A DNA stretch of 28,524 bases from an uncultured delta proteobacterium (lineage in GTDB: Bacteria > Myxococcota_A > Polyangia > Haliangiales > Haliangiaceae): NCBI GenBank assembly GCA_963848295.1, contig CAWKDB010000003.1, positions 1-28,524 on the forward strand, in the 5' to 3' direction. Positions within the stretch are counted from its first letter, which is position 1; each line of letters begins with the position of its first letter. Below are positions 18,263-28,524 of this stretch, in pieces. The translations under genes and the position numbers were made by a program. A model generated the notes under the pieces. It was not told the DNA's origin and did no database searches. It saw only the letters and a list, made by a program, of their open reading frames with translations.

Positions 18263-19663
18263 CTAGAGCGCAGCGCGGACGCCGAGCAGCAGCGCGTGGC
18301 GCTCGTAGCTCGGATCGATCACGACGCCGTCGGTCATATACTTGAAGTCGGTGGAGACGTCCGTGTAGCGATAATCGAGTCCGATATCAAACCGGTTGCG
18401 GAGGTTGTAGCTGATACCTGCGATGACCGAGACAATGTCGTCGGAGCGAGTCATCTCACCATTGATGCCGGTCACGATCGTGCCGTAGTACGTCCGGAAG
18501 TGGACTTCGGGTTGAATCGACAGCACGAACGGCCCGAGCCGTTGATACGCCCACAGCCGGATGACGTCATCCGAGTAAAAGTTCGCGTTGATCGAGTCCT
18601 GGTACTCGCGGACGTACTGCAGCACGACTCGTCCCAGCGGCGAGTAGCGGTAACCGATCGCAGCGCCGCCATGGAAGTTATTCGTGGTTGCTCCCTCTTG
18701 GTAGTTTAACCAGGAGTAGCCGAATGATGCATTCACCGTAATCGAGGGCGTGAGCAAGGTTGCCGCCCCAATCGACACACTCGTCGGGTACGATGTCACC
18801 TTCTCGCTCGCCGAGCCGATACCGGTGATAAAGCCCTGTGAGAGGTCGAGGAAAATTCGCGTCTGCGGCAATACGTGCCACGTCGGGTGCACGCCAACAA
18901 TGTTCGACATCCGATCGGGGAATTGCTGCGACTCCCGCTCGAACACGTCGACCGAGTTCGTATAGTACAGGAAGCCCCCGTAGCTACGGTCCCGCGGGTG
19001 ATACGGGAGCCGCAGCCATAGGTTGTTGACGTCCCGGTTGGTGTCGACATCAGTCTCGAAGTTCGCGGCGCGAAGCTCGCGTTCGTAGTCGTCGACCGCG
19101 AGCAGCGTGAGCGGACCGACTGGGTTCACGACCGCCTTCAGCGTCGCACCGAGGCTGAATCCGCCCGTCGAGTCGACCGTCCCGTCGGGCGAGAGCATCT
19201 GATCGTAGGCAGCGCGAAGGTCGGCGCGGTACTGAAACGATCCCGGATTCGTAATGTCGGTGCCCGGTTCCTCGGTGACTGGATCGACAGGGCCGACATC
19301 ACTCGGGGTCAACCGGGTCGGGTTCAGCGAACCGACGCCGATCTGTGCTAACGCGCGGATCAACCCGGCGGCGTGAACGCAGTCGCGCGCGGCAGTGCAG
19401 TTGGTCGCGTTCGTATAGAACACGTTCGAAATAAACCCAGTCTCGATGCCGACGACCGGGTGCAGAGTGGTGTCTTCGCCCGCCTTCCAGCCCGGGCCCT
19501 CAACCAACCGGATCGGCGCGGTGGCTTTGTCAGGGTCAAACGACGCTCCGTTCGGCATGCGCGACGGGAGGTCGCTATCTTCTTCGACGACTTGCGCTTG
19601 CGAAGCCACCGGGATCGCCGCCACGGCGATACACACGAATATGCTAACGACGCGCTGAACCAT
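18263..19663 (-). CDS. Outer-membrane beta-barrel protein of a polysaccharide locus (EpsX/Wzp/BBP2-like)
   Basis: Signal peptide ending ASQA. LHPVVGIETGFISNVF, many Tyr-rich amphipathic strands, and C-terminal IGLDYRYTDVSTDF...SYERHALLLGVRAAL. 466 aa from ATG 19663. Confidence 0.75.
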   Translation of the reverse strand: MVQRVVSIFVCIAVAAIPVASQAQVVEEDSDLPSRMPNGASFDPDKATAPIRLVEGPGWKAGEDTTLHPVVGIETGFISNVFYTNATNCTAARDCVHAAGLIRALAQIGVGSLNPTRLTPSDVGPVDPVTEEPGTDITNPGSFQYRADLRAAYDQMLSPDGTVDSTGGFSLGATLKAVVNPVGPLTLLAVDDYERELRAANFETDVDTNRDVNNLWLRLPYHPRDRSYGGFLYYTNSVDVFERESQQFPDRMSNIVGVHPTWHVLPQTRIFLDLSQGFITGIGSASEKVTSYPTSVSIGAATLLTPSITVNASFGYSWLNYQEGATTNNFHGGAAIGYRYSPLGRVVLQYVREYQDSINANFYSDDVIRLWAYQRLGPFVLSIQPEVHFRTYYGTIVTGINGEMTRSDDIVSVIAGISYNLRNRFDIGLDYRYTDVSTDFKYMTDGVVIDPSYERHALLLGVRAAL

Positions 19664-19673
19664 TCCTAAGAAC

Positions 19674-19738
19674 CTAACAAAACGCGAGATTACGCGGCTT
19701 GGCCGAGCCACGTCAACAACGCGGTCGGTCGTTAGTGG
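19674..19738 (-). promoter_or_regulatory. sigma70-like promoter for the barrel gene, bracketed by inverted CTAAC/GTTAG boxes
   Basis: Minus strand TTGACG (19716-19711)-N18-TAATCT (19692-19687). Plus strand CTAAC at 19674-19678 and GTTAGTG at 19731-19737. Confidence 0.6.
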
Positions 19739-19769
19739 CCATTTGTGGGGCAGCGTTCATGGGTCATCC

Positions 19770-20906
19770 CTAGAACAGGTCCGCGTACGCACGGGTCCAT
19801 GATTTCCATACCTGCTCCCGCCCAAAACCGCTGACTGCACGGGCTCGAGCACGCTCCCCGTCTGCTGCGCGCCGCTCCGGATCCTCGAGGTAGTCGGTCA
19901 ACGCCGCGGCAAGTGCAAGGGTATCCCCGATCGGCACGAGCCTACCGGTCGTGCCATCGCTCACAGCGTCGACAGTGCCGGTCGCTCGGAAGCCGACGGT
20001 TGGCACACCGGCGGCCGCCGCTTCGATCGGGGCGTTCGGAAACCCCTCCCGATGCGACGGGAACGCGAGAACGTCCATGAGCGCGTAATACGGCGCTGGT
20101 TCGGCAACTCGCGGGACCACCACCACGTCGCGCCGGTTTGCGAGCTCGCGCGCGACCGGATCGCCGGCGAACCCTGCACCGACGATTACGAGCCGTGTGT
20201 CGACCAGCGCGGTGCGCACTACGTCAAACGCAGCAATGAGCTCGCGAATACCTTTGTCCACGACGGGGCGACCGACAAACCCGATCACCGGTGCGTCCGG
20301 AGCGATCCCGAGCTCGGCGCGCAGGACGACCGCTTCAGCCAGACGCTGTGGGGTCGCCGCGAACCGCGCGACGTCCACGCCGTTTGAAGAGCCGGCTCCG
20401 ACGACCGCGCACTTCGCCGCCGGCGCGAACCCGCCGGCTATGTAGGCCGCACGCAGGCTGTCGCTGACGCACCAAACGCGATGGGCGCAAGCTGCCGCGA
20501 TCCGCTCTGTCGCGCCGAGCACTGCTCGCTTGGCACCGCTCTCGGTCTCAAGGCGCAATCCGCGCAGAAGGTACACGCGCGCCGGTACGCGGTTCGCTGC
20601 CGCTGCGATCATGCCGAGCAACCCGGCCTTCGCAGTGCTCGCGTTAACGATGTCCGGCCGCAGCGCGCGTAGCTCGCGAGTCAGCTGCGCCAGCGACCGT
20701 GCGTCGGCGGCGGGCGAGATCTCGCGCTCGATCGGGACGCCGATCACTCGCACTCGCTCGCGACGGGCGACCTCGTCGAGCTCGGGCCCGGGCGAGCTGA
20801 TCACGGTGACGTCGTAGCCGGCTTCGCGCAGATAGCCGAGCTGACCACGCAGGAGCACGTTCGCCGTCACCGGCACGGTCACCGCGAAAGCGAGCCTACG
20901 AGCCAT
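19770..20906 (-). CDS. Glycosyltransferase family 4 (CapM/PglA-like)
   Basis: Motifs LLRGQL, STAKAGLLG, SSNGVD, GFVGR...DKG and FPSHREGFPNAPIEA (EX7E). Confidence 0.93.
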   Translation of the reverse strand: MARRLAFAVTVPVTANVLLRGQLGYLREAGYDVTVISSPGPELDEVARRERVRVIGVPIEREISPAADARSLAQLTRELRALRPDIVNASTAKAGLLGMIAAAANRVPARVYLLRGLRLETESGAKRAVLGATERIAAACAHRVWCVSDSLRAAYIAGGFAPAAKCAVVGAGSSNGVDVARFAATPQRLAEAVVLRAELGIAPDAPVIGFVGRPVVDKGIRELIAAFDVVRTALVDTRLVIVGAGFAGDPVARELANRRDVVVVPRVAEPAPYYALMDVLAFPSHREGFPNAPIEAAAAGVPTVGFRATGTVDAVSDGTTGRLVPIGDTLALAAALTDYLEDPERRAADGERARARAVSGFGREQVWKSWTRAYADLF

Positions 20907-21851
20907 CTACGACGCGTGCGGGCGGTGTCGAGCACGCACTCTTGTGGCGACCTCGGCGGGCGTCGTCCACCACAAGCTATCGCCGTATTCGCGCTCGAGG
21001 CGACCGAAGAGCAGGTCGAGCAGGTTGCAATACACCCGGTCGATGCCGTCGAGCGCGACGTAGCCGAGTGCATTCTTGACGATATGGCCCTTCACCGCGA
21101 GCAGACCACCGAGTTCGATGATCTCGACCGCGCGTTCCCACCGCGAGGTCGCTTGGAAGTTCGTGGCGACATGGATCAAGCCGCCGGCGAGCTCGGTCGG
21201 AAAGATCAATGATGCGCCACGCAGTCCACTCATTGCGGTGACAGCGTCGGCGGCTATCGGCGTGACGATGTCGCGCGCCGAGGCGACAAATTCGAATTCG
21301 AGCTCGGCCATCGCCCTCAATAGCTCGGGCGGTGCGTTCCACCCCGGTGGACACATCCCGCGCACGTACCGCAGACCGCTAGCATCGAAGATCTGCAACA
21401 TCCGGAGCAAGCGGCGGCGATGCTCGGCGATCGGCTCGTCCTGGAACTCGACGTGCAGCAAGAGCCCCTTGTGAATGTGATGCAGGCCGTGCAAGCCGAC
21501 GTCGACGCGCGGTAGTGACTTGATGTAGGCGACGAACTCTGGGTGGCGATCGAGCCGACGCGAGCCCTCAGGTAAGATCCGCGATAGGTAAATGCGATCG
21601 CGGAGCAGCGGGATCCGCGACAACATCCGCGATGGCGTCGGCGAGATTTCGCGCCAATCTGCGGTTGTAAACAACGTCACTCGCAGCTGCGGGTGGCGAT
21701 CGAGTAGATCGGCAACAAGCCCGAGCGCGCCTTTGCCGAGATCGCCGCCGGCGTCGTAGTGATCGGTCGAACGGCCCGGATGAACGTCGTCGATCGTGAA
21801 GCAAACCGCGGCACGCTTACCCGTAGGGAGCCAGTTGCGCAGCCCGATCAC
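20907..21851 (-). CDS. Polysaccharide deacetylase-like protein (CE4/DUF2334)
   Basis: NodB-like motifs FTIDD, VGLHGLHH and CPPGWN. GTG 21851 overlaps the upstream stop. Confidence 0.75.
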   Translation of the reverse strand: MIGLRNWLPTGKRAAVCFTIDDVHPGRSTDHYDAGGDLGKGALGLVADLLDRHPQLRVTLFTTADWREISPTPSRMLSRIPLLRDRIYLSRILPEGSRRLDRHPEFVAYIKSLPRVDVGLHGLHHIHKGLLLHVEFQDEPIAEHRRRLLRMLQIFDASGLRYVRGMCPPGWNAPPELLRAMAELEFEFVASARDIVTPIAADAVTAMSGLRGASLIFPTELAGGLIHVATNFQATSRWERAVEIIELGGLLAVKGHIVKNALGYVALDGIDRVYCNLLDLLFGRLEREYGDSLWWTTPAEVATRVRARHRPHAS

Positions 21852-23028
21852 CTCGGCTTCTCCCGAGCGGGGGCCTGCTGTTTGAGCACGACAAACACGG
21901 CGAGCACGATCCAGAACATCGTGAAGCGCATGCCTTGGTGCGCCACGGTATAGGCCAAGACAGGTAAGACCAGCACCGTCGTGCGCAGTGGCGCACCACG
22001 CACGACGCGCACCAAGAAAATCCCGAATAGAGTCATCCCCACGATGCCGTAACCAAACAAGACCGATCCGAACGACGAGTGCAGCTCCCGTCGGTGCTCG
22101 CCTTCTTTCATGAACCTGCCGTAGTCGCCCTCGCCTGCGCCGAGCACCATATACTCGGGGTACTTCCACATCCGGTCGTAACCGCGCTCCTCGGCGAACG
22201 AGAGCTTGTGAAACCGGTCATGGGTGATGCGCTCTTCGGCTGCATCGATCGCGCGGGATAGCGGACCGCCGATCGATATAATCCCAAGGCGACGAGGCCG
22301 GCGAGTATGATCGTGCGCGGGTTCGAGAACACGAGCACGAAGAACAGCATCATGATTCCGGCGAGAGACGCGCGCGACGCGGATAGCAACCCGAGATACG
22401 CGCACCCGGAGACGCCGATCGCGGCCCACAGCCGCGGCAAACCGAGCGGACGCTGCGTGATCGCGAACAGGCAAGCGCAGAGTAGCGCGTAATAGCCAAG
22501 CTGATTCGGCGAATCGAAGAACAGCTCACCGCGGAACATCCGGGTGCGATAAACGAACGACGCGGCGACCTGGATTACGATCGTGAGGAACGCGATCAAC
22601 ACCGTCGCGCGCAAGAACACGATCCGATTGCGCCGTGCGACTACCACGGCCGACGCAAACATGATCAGATTGAAGATGTAATAGACCGGGTAGAGCACGA
22701 AGTCGCGACGGCTCGTCCATTCCCACAAGATCGTCGCCCACACGTAGTTCACGAGAGCGACCCACAGCGTGAACCACGCTAGCGCACGGATGGTTCTTGC
22801 TTGATTGCGTTCGAGCCGCTTGTCCCAGGTGAAGAACACGAGCGGCGCGAAGATGAACAACAGATAATCGGCGGGCTGCGGCAACCCGACCGGGAAGATG
22901 TACAGCGGCGTCAACAGCAGGAACAGGCACCAGCACGCGAGCGCCGGCTGGCGCATGATCTCGCTCAACAGCGACCGCACGATTTCGCGCGGCTTCGGAA
23001 CGGTGGCAGAGGCGAGCTCCATCGACAT
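21848..23028 (-). CDS. Wzy-like polymerase / O-antigen ligase family membrane protein (frameshift near 22280)
   Basis: Multi-pass membrane protein. FDSPNQLGY and SASRAS, then in the second frame ERGYDR...LGAGEG...ELHSSFGSVLFGYGIVG. Confidence 0.75.
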
Positions 23029-23103
23029 AGCTAGTGCGTGGATCTGGGCGCCGCGTTCAATAACGCGATTTCGACGAGTTGCGCACGTGATTTCGCCCCA
23101 GGG

Positions 23104-25151
23104 TCAGCCCGAACCGCTGCCGACGACCAAGGGCTCTTCGGTAACCGCGGGTGCGACCTCGTCGAAGGCGTACCGCATCCACAGCTCGAGCACGTACCAC
23201 CGAAATAAATCCGTGTAATAAGCGGTTTGCTGAGTAGTCCCGATGTAGTCCGCCAGCTGCGAGCGAATCTTAGCGACATCGAGAAAACGGTCGCTGCGGG
23301 TCGATCCGGCAAGCGTGTCGGCGATCTGCTGCTGGCCGGCCCGTAACCAGACACCTTCGGGTGTGACGAACCCCTTCTTGTCCTTTCGCCATTGGACCTC
23401 AGCCGGCAACCGACCGTCCATCGCCTTCCGGAACACCCACTTCGTCCAGCCGCCGCGCATTAGCATGGAGAGCGGGAGCGAGAAGATGTGCTCGGCGAGT
23501 CGGTAGTCGAGCAACGGCATGCGCGACTCGATCGAGAACGCCATCGAATTTCGATCGGCATAGCGCAACAGACACGGCAAGCTGAAATGGAAGACGTCGT
23601 CGTAGAGCTTCTGCCCGAGGTCGCGCATCGACGCGCCGCGGCTCGCGAGCCAAGACATTCGGCGGTCGCCGTACTGCTGTTCGAGCTCAGGGCGGATGAC
23701 CTCTAGCGATCGGCCTTCGGGATTGAAGCGCCCGAGTACGGGTGACAACGCTTCGCGCGCGGTCGTTGCGATCGATGCCGGCAACAAGCCGTACGCGGTG
23801 CGCAGCCCAAGCTCGAGAGCCGAGCGGCCGCGGCCCGACATGCGCCACGTAGCAAGTGCCTCGCGGCCGGCGGCGGCCGGATAGCCGCGGCGCAACAACG
23901 TCGACAGAAAGACGCTGTAATAGCCGGGGTAACCGGCAAGCAGCTCGTCGGCACCTTGGCCATCTAGCGTCACGGTCACGCCGGATTCGCCGACCAAGCG
24001 CATCACGTTGAACTGCGAGTATTGGCTCGTCGAGTGAAAGGGCTCGTCCATTTGCGCGACGAGGCGACGCAGCTCCTCCCATAAGGCGGTACCGCTCGGG
24101 AACACACGGGTCGACGACGCACCGCTCGCCGCAATCACGCGATCGATGAACGGCCGTTCGTCGAAGCGGTTGTCGTCGAAGCATGCGCTGAACGTGCGCT
24201 GATGCTCGCCGGTGAGAGCGCGGTCGAGGTGTAGCTCTTCGAACATCAGCCGATTCGCGGTCATCACGATCGACGACGAATCGACGCCGCCGCTCAAGCA
24301 TGTGCCGATCGGGACGTCGGAACGCAGCCGGATCCGCACGGCGTCTTCGAACAGCTCGGCGAACCGCTCGATCGCCACTAGTTCTTCGCCTGGATCCGAT
24401 TCGACCTGGAAGCTGGGCTTGAGGTCCCAGTAGCGCTCGATCACCGGGGCATGACCCGGGCGGAAGATCAGACTGTGCGCGCCGGGAAGTTGCAGGATGC
24501 CGTCGAAGAACGTCTCGTTCGTGTGATCGGCAAAGCGCAGCGACAAGAAGTCGTAGACGATCGCCGGATTCGGCCGGCGTGGCACAGCAGGATGGGCGAG
24601 CAGCGCCTTGATCTCTGAGCCGAACACGAACGAGTCCGGCGTCGCCGAGTAGTAGAACGGCTTCACCCCGAACCGATCGCGTGCGCAGAACAGCATCTTG
24701 CGCTCCGCGTCCCATAACGCGAACGCCCACATGCCGTTGAACCGGAGCAGACAGTCGGTGCCCCATTCTGTGTAAGCAGCGAGCAGAACCTCGGTGTCCG
24801 AGTCGGAGCGAAACTGTGTGGCCGAGCTTGCTGAGCTCGACGCGCAACTCGACATAGTTGTAGATCTCGCCGTTGTAAACGATCCACTGCGTCCCCGACG
24901 CAGAGACCTTCGGTTGGCTGCCGCCGTCTGTCAGATCGATCACCGACAGCCGGCGATGACCGAGGGCAAGATCGAACCGCGGGCTCGACGGCTGCGATCC
25001 TTCGCCCGACCATGCAGCACCGGTCTTCGTATCGATCAACACGAAGCGATCGCCGTTCGGGCCACGGTGCGCGATCCGATTCGTCATTGCGCGCGTTCCT
25101 TGCGACGCTCGCCGGCGTTCGCGCGTCATAGTAACCGGCGATACCGCACAT
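23104..25151 (-). CDS. asnB: Asparagine synthase-like glutamine amidotransferase, WbpS-type (frameshifts near 25100 and 24815)
   Basis: Three frames join: MCGIAG / HRGP..LGHRRLSVIDL..YNGEIYN / SDTEV..FNGMWAF..RDRFGVKP..LSGGVDSS..LDGQGADELLAGY..DRNSMAFSIESR. Confidence 0.9.
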
Positions 25152-25156
25152 GCCAG

Positions 25157-26469
25157 CTACCAGTGCCCGTGTGGTTCGCGCTCGAGCGCTTCGGACAATA
25201 CCGCCGCGAGCTTCGCGACGAGGTACGAGCGATTGAACGAGCGGAACGGTTCGACGTCGGGATCGACTGGACGCGCTGCGCGTCCCTTCAGTGCTAGCAC
25301 CGATTCGAGCGCACGCTCAATCGCGGGCTCGTCGGTTGGATCCGCGCATTGCCCGACGGCGGCATCGCGCAGCAAGCGGTACGTGTTGCCGCCATCTTCG
25401 ACGAGACCCACCACCGGTTTGCCCGTGAGTAAGTAGTCGAACACCTTCGCGACGTAGCTGTACTCTGCGTAGTAGCCCGGGGTCTCGATTAGGAGGAGCG
25501 CGTCGGCACGCCCAAACGCCGCAAACACTTCGTCGTGGGGGACGTACGGCCCCGTCTCGACGAACGCTTCGACACCATGCGAGCGCACATCGCTGATCGC
25601 GAGGTTGCCGACGAACTCGATGCGAAACGCCTCCGGAGTGATCCGGCGGCGATCGGCGAGCTTGCGGATCACGCGCCGAACGGGTCGAGGTTGTAGTGCA
25701 CGTTGATCGTGCCGGTATAGAGCAGCCGAAACGGTCGGGCGTCACCTCCGCGTGTGTCTTTGACGCGGGCGTGATCCGCCGGATCGAAGCCGTTTGTGAT
25801 CGACACCGCGTCGCTGATATCGCGCCGGTGCGTGGTGGCGAGTTGCAGTGCCATCTTTGGAGCGACCGCGACGATGCTCGTCGCCGCGCGCACGGCACTC
25901 CCCTCAAGCTGGCGTGCGGCGGCACGATGGACGGCGGTCGGGAAGATCGGCATCGGCAGGGTCGACCACAAATCACGAAAGTCGAGGACGAGCGGCAGCT
26001 TGAACGCGCGCGCGAGCAACTGGCCGACGACCAGGTTGCTCGCCGGGCCGTGGGTCGCGAGGACGAGGTCGTGTGGCGTGGCGGCGAGTGCGCGCCGACC
26101 CGCCGCGAACGCGGTAGGCACCCAGAAGACCTCGCGATCGGGAAACACGAGTGTGTGCGCCACGGCCTTCGCGAGCTTGCGAGTCAGCCAGCGCCAGCCA
26201 TGACGAGGTGCCTGCTGGCCACGCGGAGCGACACCGGCGATCGGCGACCACGCCGTCACGATCGCGGCTTTGCCATCGAGCGCATCGACCGCGGTCTGGT
26301 CGATCGAGCTCCCCTGACCGTGCCGGGCGGTGAGGATGGTCACATCCCAGCCGTGCACCGGCAGCAGCTTCGCGAATTGTCCCATCCGTGGCGCACCACC
26401 CGCGACCTGAGGCGGGAAAACGTGCGACACGACGAGCACGCGACCGCGTGACGCAGATGCCTCGGTCAT
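25157..26469 (-). CDS. Glycosyltransferase family 4 (frameshift near 25678)
   Basis: VLVVSHVFPP..GG..R, LVLDFRDLW, ITNGFD and LLYTG, then EFVG, PYVPHDE, ADALLL and KVFDYL..GKPV. ATG 26469 is preferred because ATG 26496 lies in the predicted -10. Confidence 0.87.
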
Positions 26470-26477
26470 CGGAAGTC

Positions 26478-26543
26478 CACTAACGGGAAGGAACATACGC
26501 AGCCGCCAGGACGTGGGTCAACACGAACGCCCCTGGGTTAGTG
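26478..26543 (-). promoter_or_regulatory. sigma70-like promoter in the divergent GT4/FkbM gap, bracketed by inverted CACTAAC/GTTAGTG boxes
   Basis: Minus strand TTGACC (26521-26516)-N18-TATGTT (26497-26492). Plus strand CACTAAC at 26478-26484 and GTTAGTG at 26537-26543. Confidence 0.6.
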
Positions 26544-26565
26544 TGGACCCGAGGCTTCGACGTTC

Positions 26566-27487
26566 ATGGCCGCCGACTCCAGCGCTCGCGATCGACTAGC
26601 GACCACGTGGCAACGCTGGCGTGCTCGAGCCCGTAAGCTGCGTACGCACCCGACGCCCGATCCGGTTCCTCGCATCTCGCGCGCTATGGCACGCCGGGCT
26701 GTCCGACCGATTCACAGTCGACCTCCCCGACGGACTGCGCGTGCGGTTCTATCCGAGCTCGGTGTCGGCGGCTCTGTGGGTGTCGCCGAACGCGCGCAAC
26801 GACGACGCCGAGTTTCTTCGCCTCGTGCTCGCCGACGGCGATTCGTACCTGGATTGCGGCGCGAACATCGGCCACCTCGCCGTCGTGGCGCGCGCAGTCG
26901 TCGGTGCGAAGGGCTCGACCGTCGCGATCGAACCGAACCCGCGGATCTACAGTTATTGCGTCGGGAACCTCGAGCTAAACGGGTTCACCGACGTCGTCAC
27001 CCACAACGTCGCGCTCGGCTCCGAGCACGGGTCAATGCCGATAAGCGATCGGCGTGATGACGATCAGAACCATATCGGTGATGCTGGCGTGGCGGTCGAC
27101 ATGGTGCCGCTCGACGAGGTCATCCACGAAGGTCGGGTTACGTTGCTCAAGCTCGACGTCGAAGGTTACGAGCTCAACGTCCTGCGCGGCGCCGCGAGAA
27201 CGCTCGCGAACACCGCGATGATCTACTGCGAGCTATCGGTGTCGAACGCCTCGCGATTTGGCTACTCTCCGCATGCGATCGAGGACCTGTTACTCGCGGA
27301 AGGCTTCACGTTCGCGCAGCGCGACGGTACCGAGTGGCGGATCTCGCGCGAGCGCGTATTCGATCAGGTCGCGAACAAGCTGCCCCGCACCGGCTATAAC
27401 CTTGTTGGAGTCAAAGCCGACGCGGTCGACCTGTTCACGTCACGTGTCGCCCGGCACGGCCATCGCGTGATCACGGCGCCCCAGTGA
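26566..27487 (+). CDS. FkbM family SAM-dependent methyltransferase (probable frameshift near 26655)
   Basis: Motifs YLDCGANIG, AIEPNP, NLELNG, ALG and LLKLDVEGYELNVLRGA. The N-terminus probably comes from ATG 26566; the uninterrupted ORF is 26621-27487. Confidence 0.9.
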
Positions 27488-28524
27488 AGGGGTACATCTT
27501 TTTCTCGGTGCACGAGGAGCTGTTCTGGCGCGTCGCCGATCAGCTCTCCGATCACGTCGCCGAATGGAGCGGGTTCGTGTGGGGGCGGCAACAGGCGCGA
27601 GCGATCAGCGGCCACCGCGCAACCTACGATCCGCTGCTCGTGTTTTCGCGTGACCTGCGTCCGCGCTATCTCGACGGCAAGCCGGCCGATCTCGCATGGC
27701 TAGAGCAGCGCGAGGCCGAACTCGGCATTTCGATCCAGCGCATGCTCGCGTCCGAACGCCATCAACTCGCAGGCAAGACCTACGGTCAGCTCATGCGGAT
27801 GGCGGAGGTCGCGCTGCGCGAGATCGGCGACGCGCTCGATCGGATCAAGCCGGACTTCATCCTTTCCGAAGACATATCGTGCTTCCACAGTTATGCCCAC
27901 TTCGCGCTGGCCTGCGAGCGCGGCATCCCGTTCTGGTCGATCACGACCGCGCGGGTCGCCGGGCCGGATTTACACTTACTCCGCCGGCTTTCAACGCAAC
28001 GAGCGCGTCGACGAGCTCTATCTACAGTTGTTAGAGCGCGGGCTGTCGCCGGCCGAGCGCGCAACAGCGAGCGACTACGTCACGACGTTCCGAGAGCGCC
28101 CAGCCAGGCCCAAAGGAATGGAGGTCCGCGCGAAGCACGTCGGCATCGACGCCGACGACGGCCGGCATTGCGATCGCGGCGGCGCGTTACTTCGGCGACC
28201 GCGGCGACCCCACCTTGCGCTCGCCCGTCGAGGTGATCGGCCAACGCTTGCGCCGGATCGCGCGCATCCAACTCGCGAATGCGCGTGGCGTATTCGAGTC
28301 GCCGGTCGCGGGCGAGAAGTTCGTGCTCTACCCGATCCAGTACCAGCCCGAGGCATCGACGCTGGTCCAAGCGCCGATGTACGTCAATCAAGTCGAGCTC
28401 GTGCGCGACATAGCGAAGTCGTTGCCGATCGGTTACCGCCTATATGTCAAAGAGCATGTCAGCAACCGCGGTCGTCGCCCCGTCGACTTCTACGCCCAAC
28501 TGCGCTCCGTGCCCGAGGTGCGAC
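27484..28524 (+). CDS. Capsule_synth (KpsS/LipB-like, GT107-related) protein, 3'-truncated (frameshifts near 27958 and 28165)
   Basis: Manual translation across three frames gives ...IKPDFILSE.. / RIYTYSAGFQRNERVDELY.. / EKFVLYPIQYQPEASTLV..NQVELVRDIAKSLPIGYRLYVKEH. Confidence 0.72.

Noticed and set aside
23052..23067. CGCGTT-caat-AACGCG inverted repeat between asnB and the wzy-like gene
   Set aside because: A single 6-bp stem could easily arise by chance and has no U-tract.

Overview
This is a GC-rich bacterial window. Gene content (lipobox proteins, a DUF1585/DUF1501-type trio, a short OPX plus a separate beta-barrel) suggests Myxococcota/delta-proteobacteria, by inference only. The left end holds a ccdAB toxin-antitoxin pair and three secreted or lipoprotein genes. 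The rest (about 3.0-28.5 kb, running off the right edge) is a large surface-polysaccharide locus. It encodes NDP-sugar enzymes (DegT aminotransferase, Gfo/Idh/MocA oxidoreductase, WbpP-like epimerase, a second SDR), a PglC-type initiating transferase, two GT4s and a KpsS-like transferase. It also encodes a Wzy-like polymerase, a WaaL-like ligase with a helical tail, a truncated OPX and an outer-membrane beta-barrel. The tailoring set is unusually rich: sulfotransferase, IMPase/CysQ, AsnB amidotransferase, FkbM methyltransferase, deacetylase, ATP-grasp ligase and an Fe(II)/2OG dioxygenase. A CxxCH protein/lipoprotein/Tat-DUF1501 cassette of unknown function sits inside the locus. Two separate promoter regions share a near base-for-base spacing architecture. 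About ten frameshifts without in-frame nonsense codons are probably assembly errors. All family calls come from motif recognition by eye; no searches were run.
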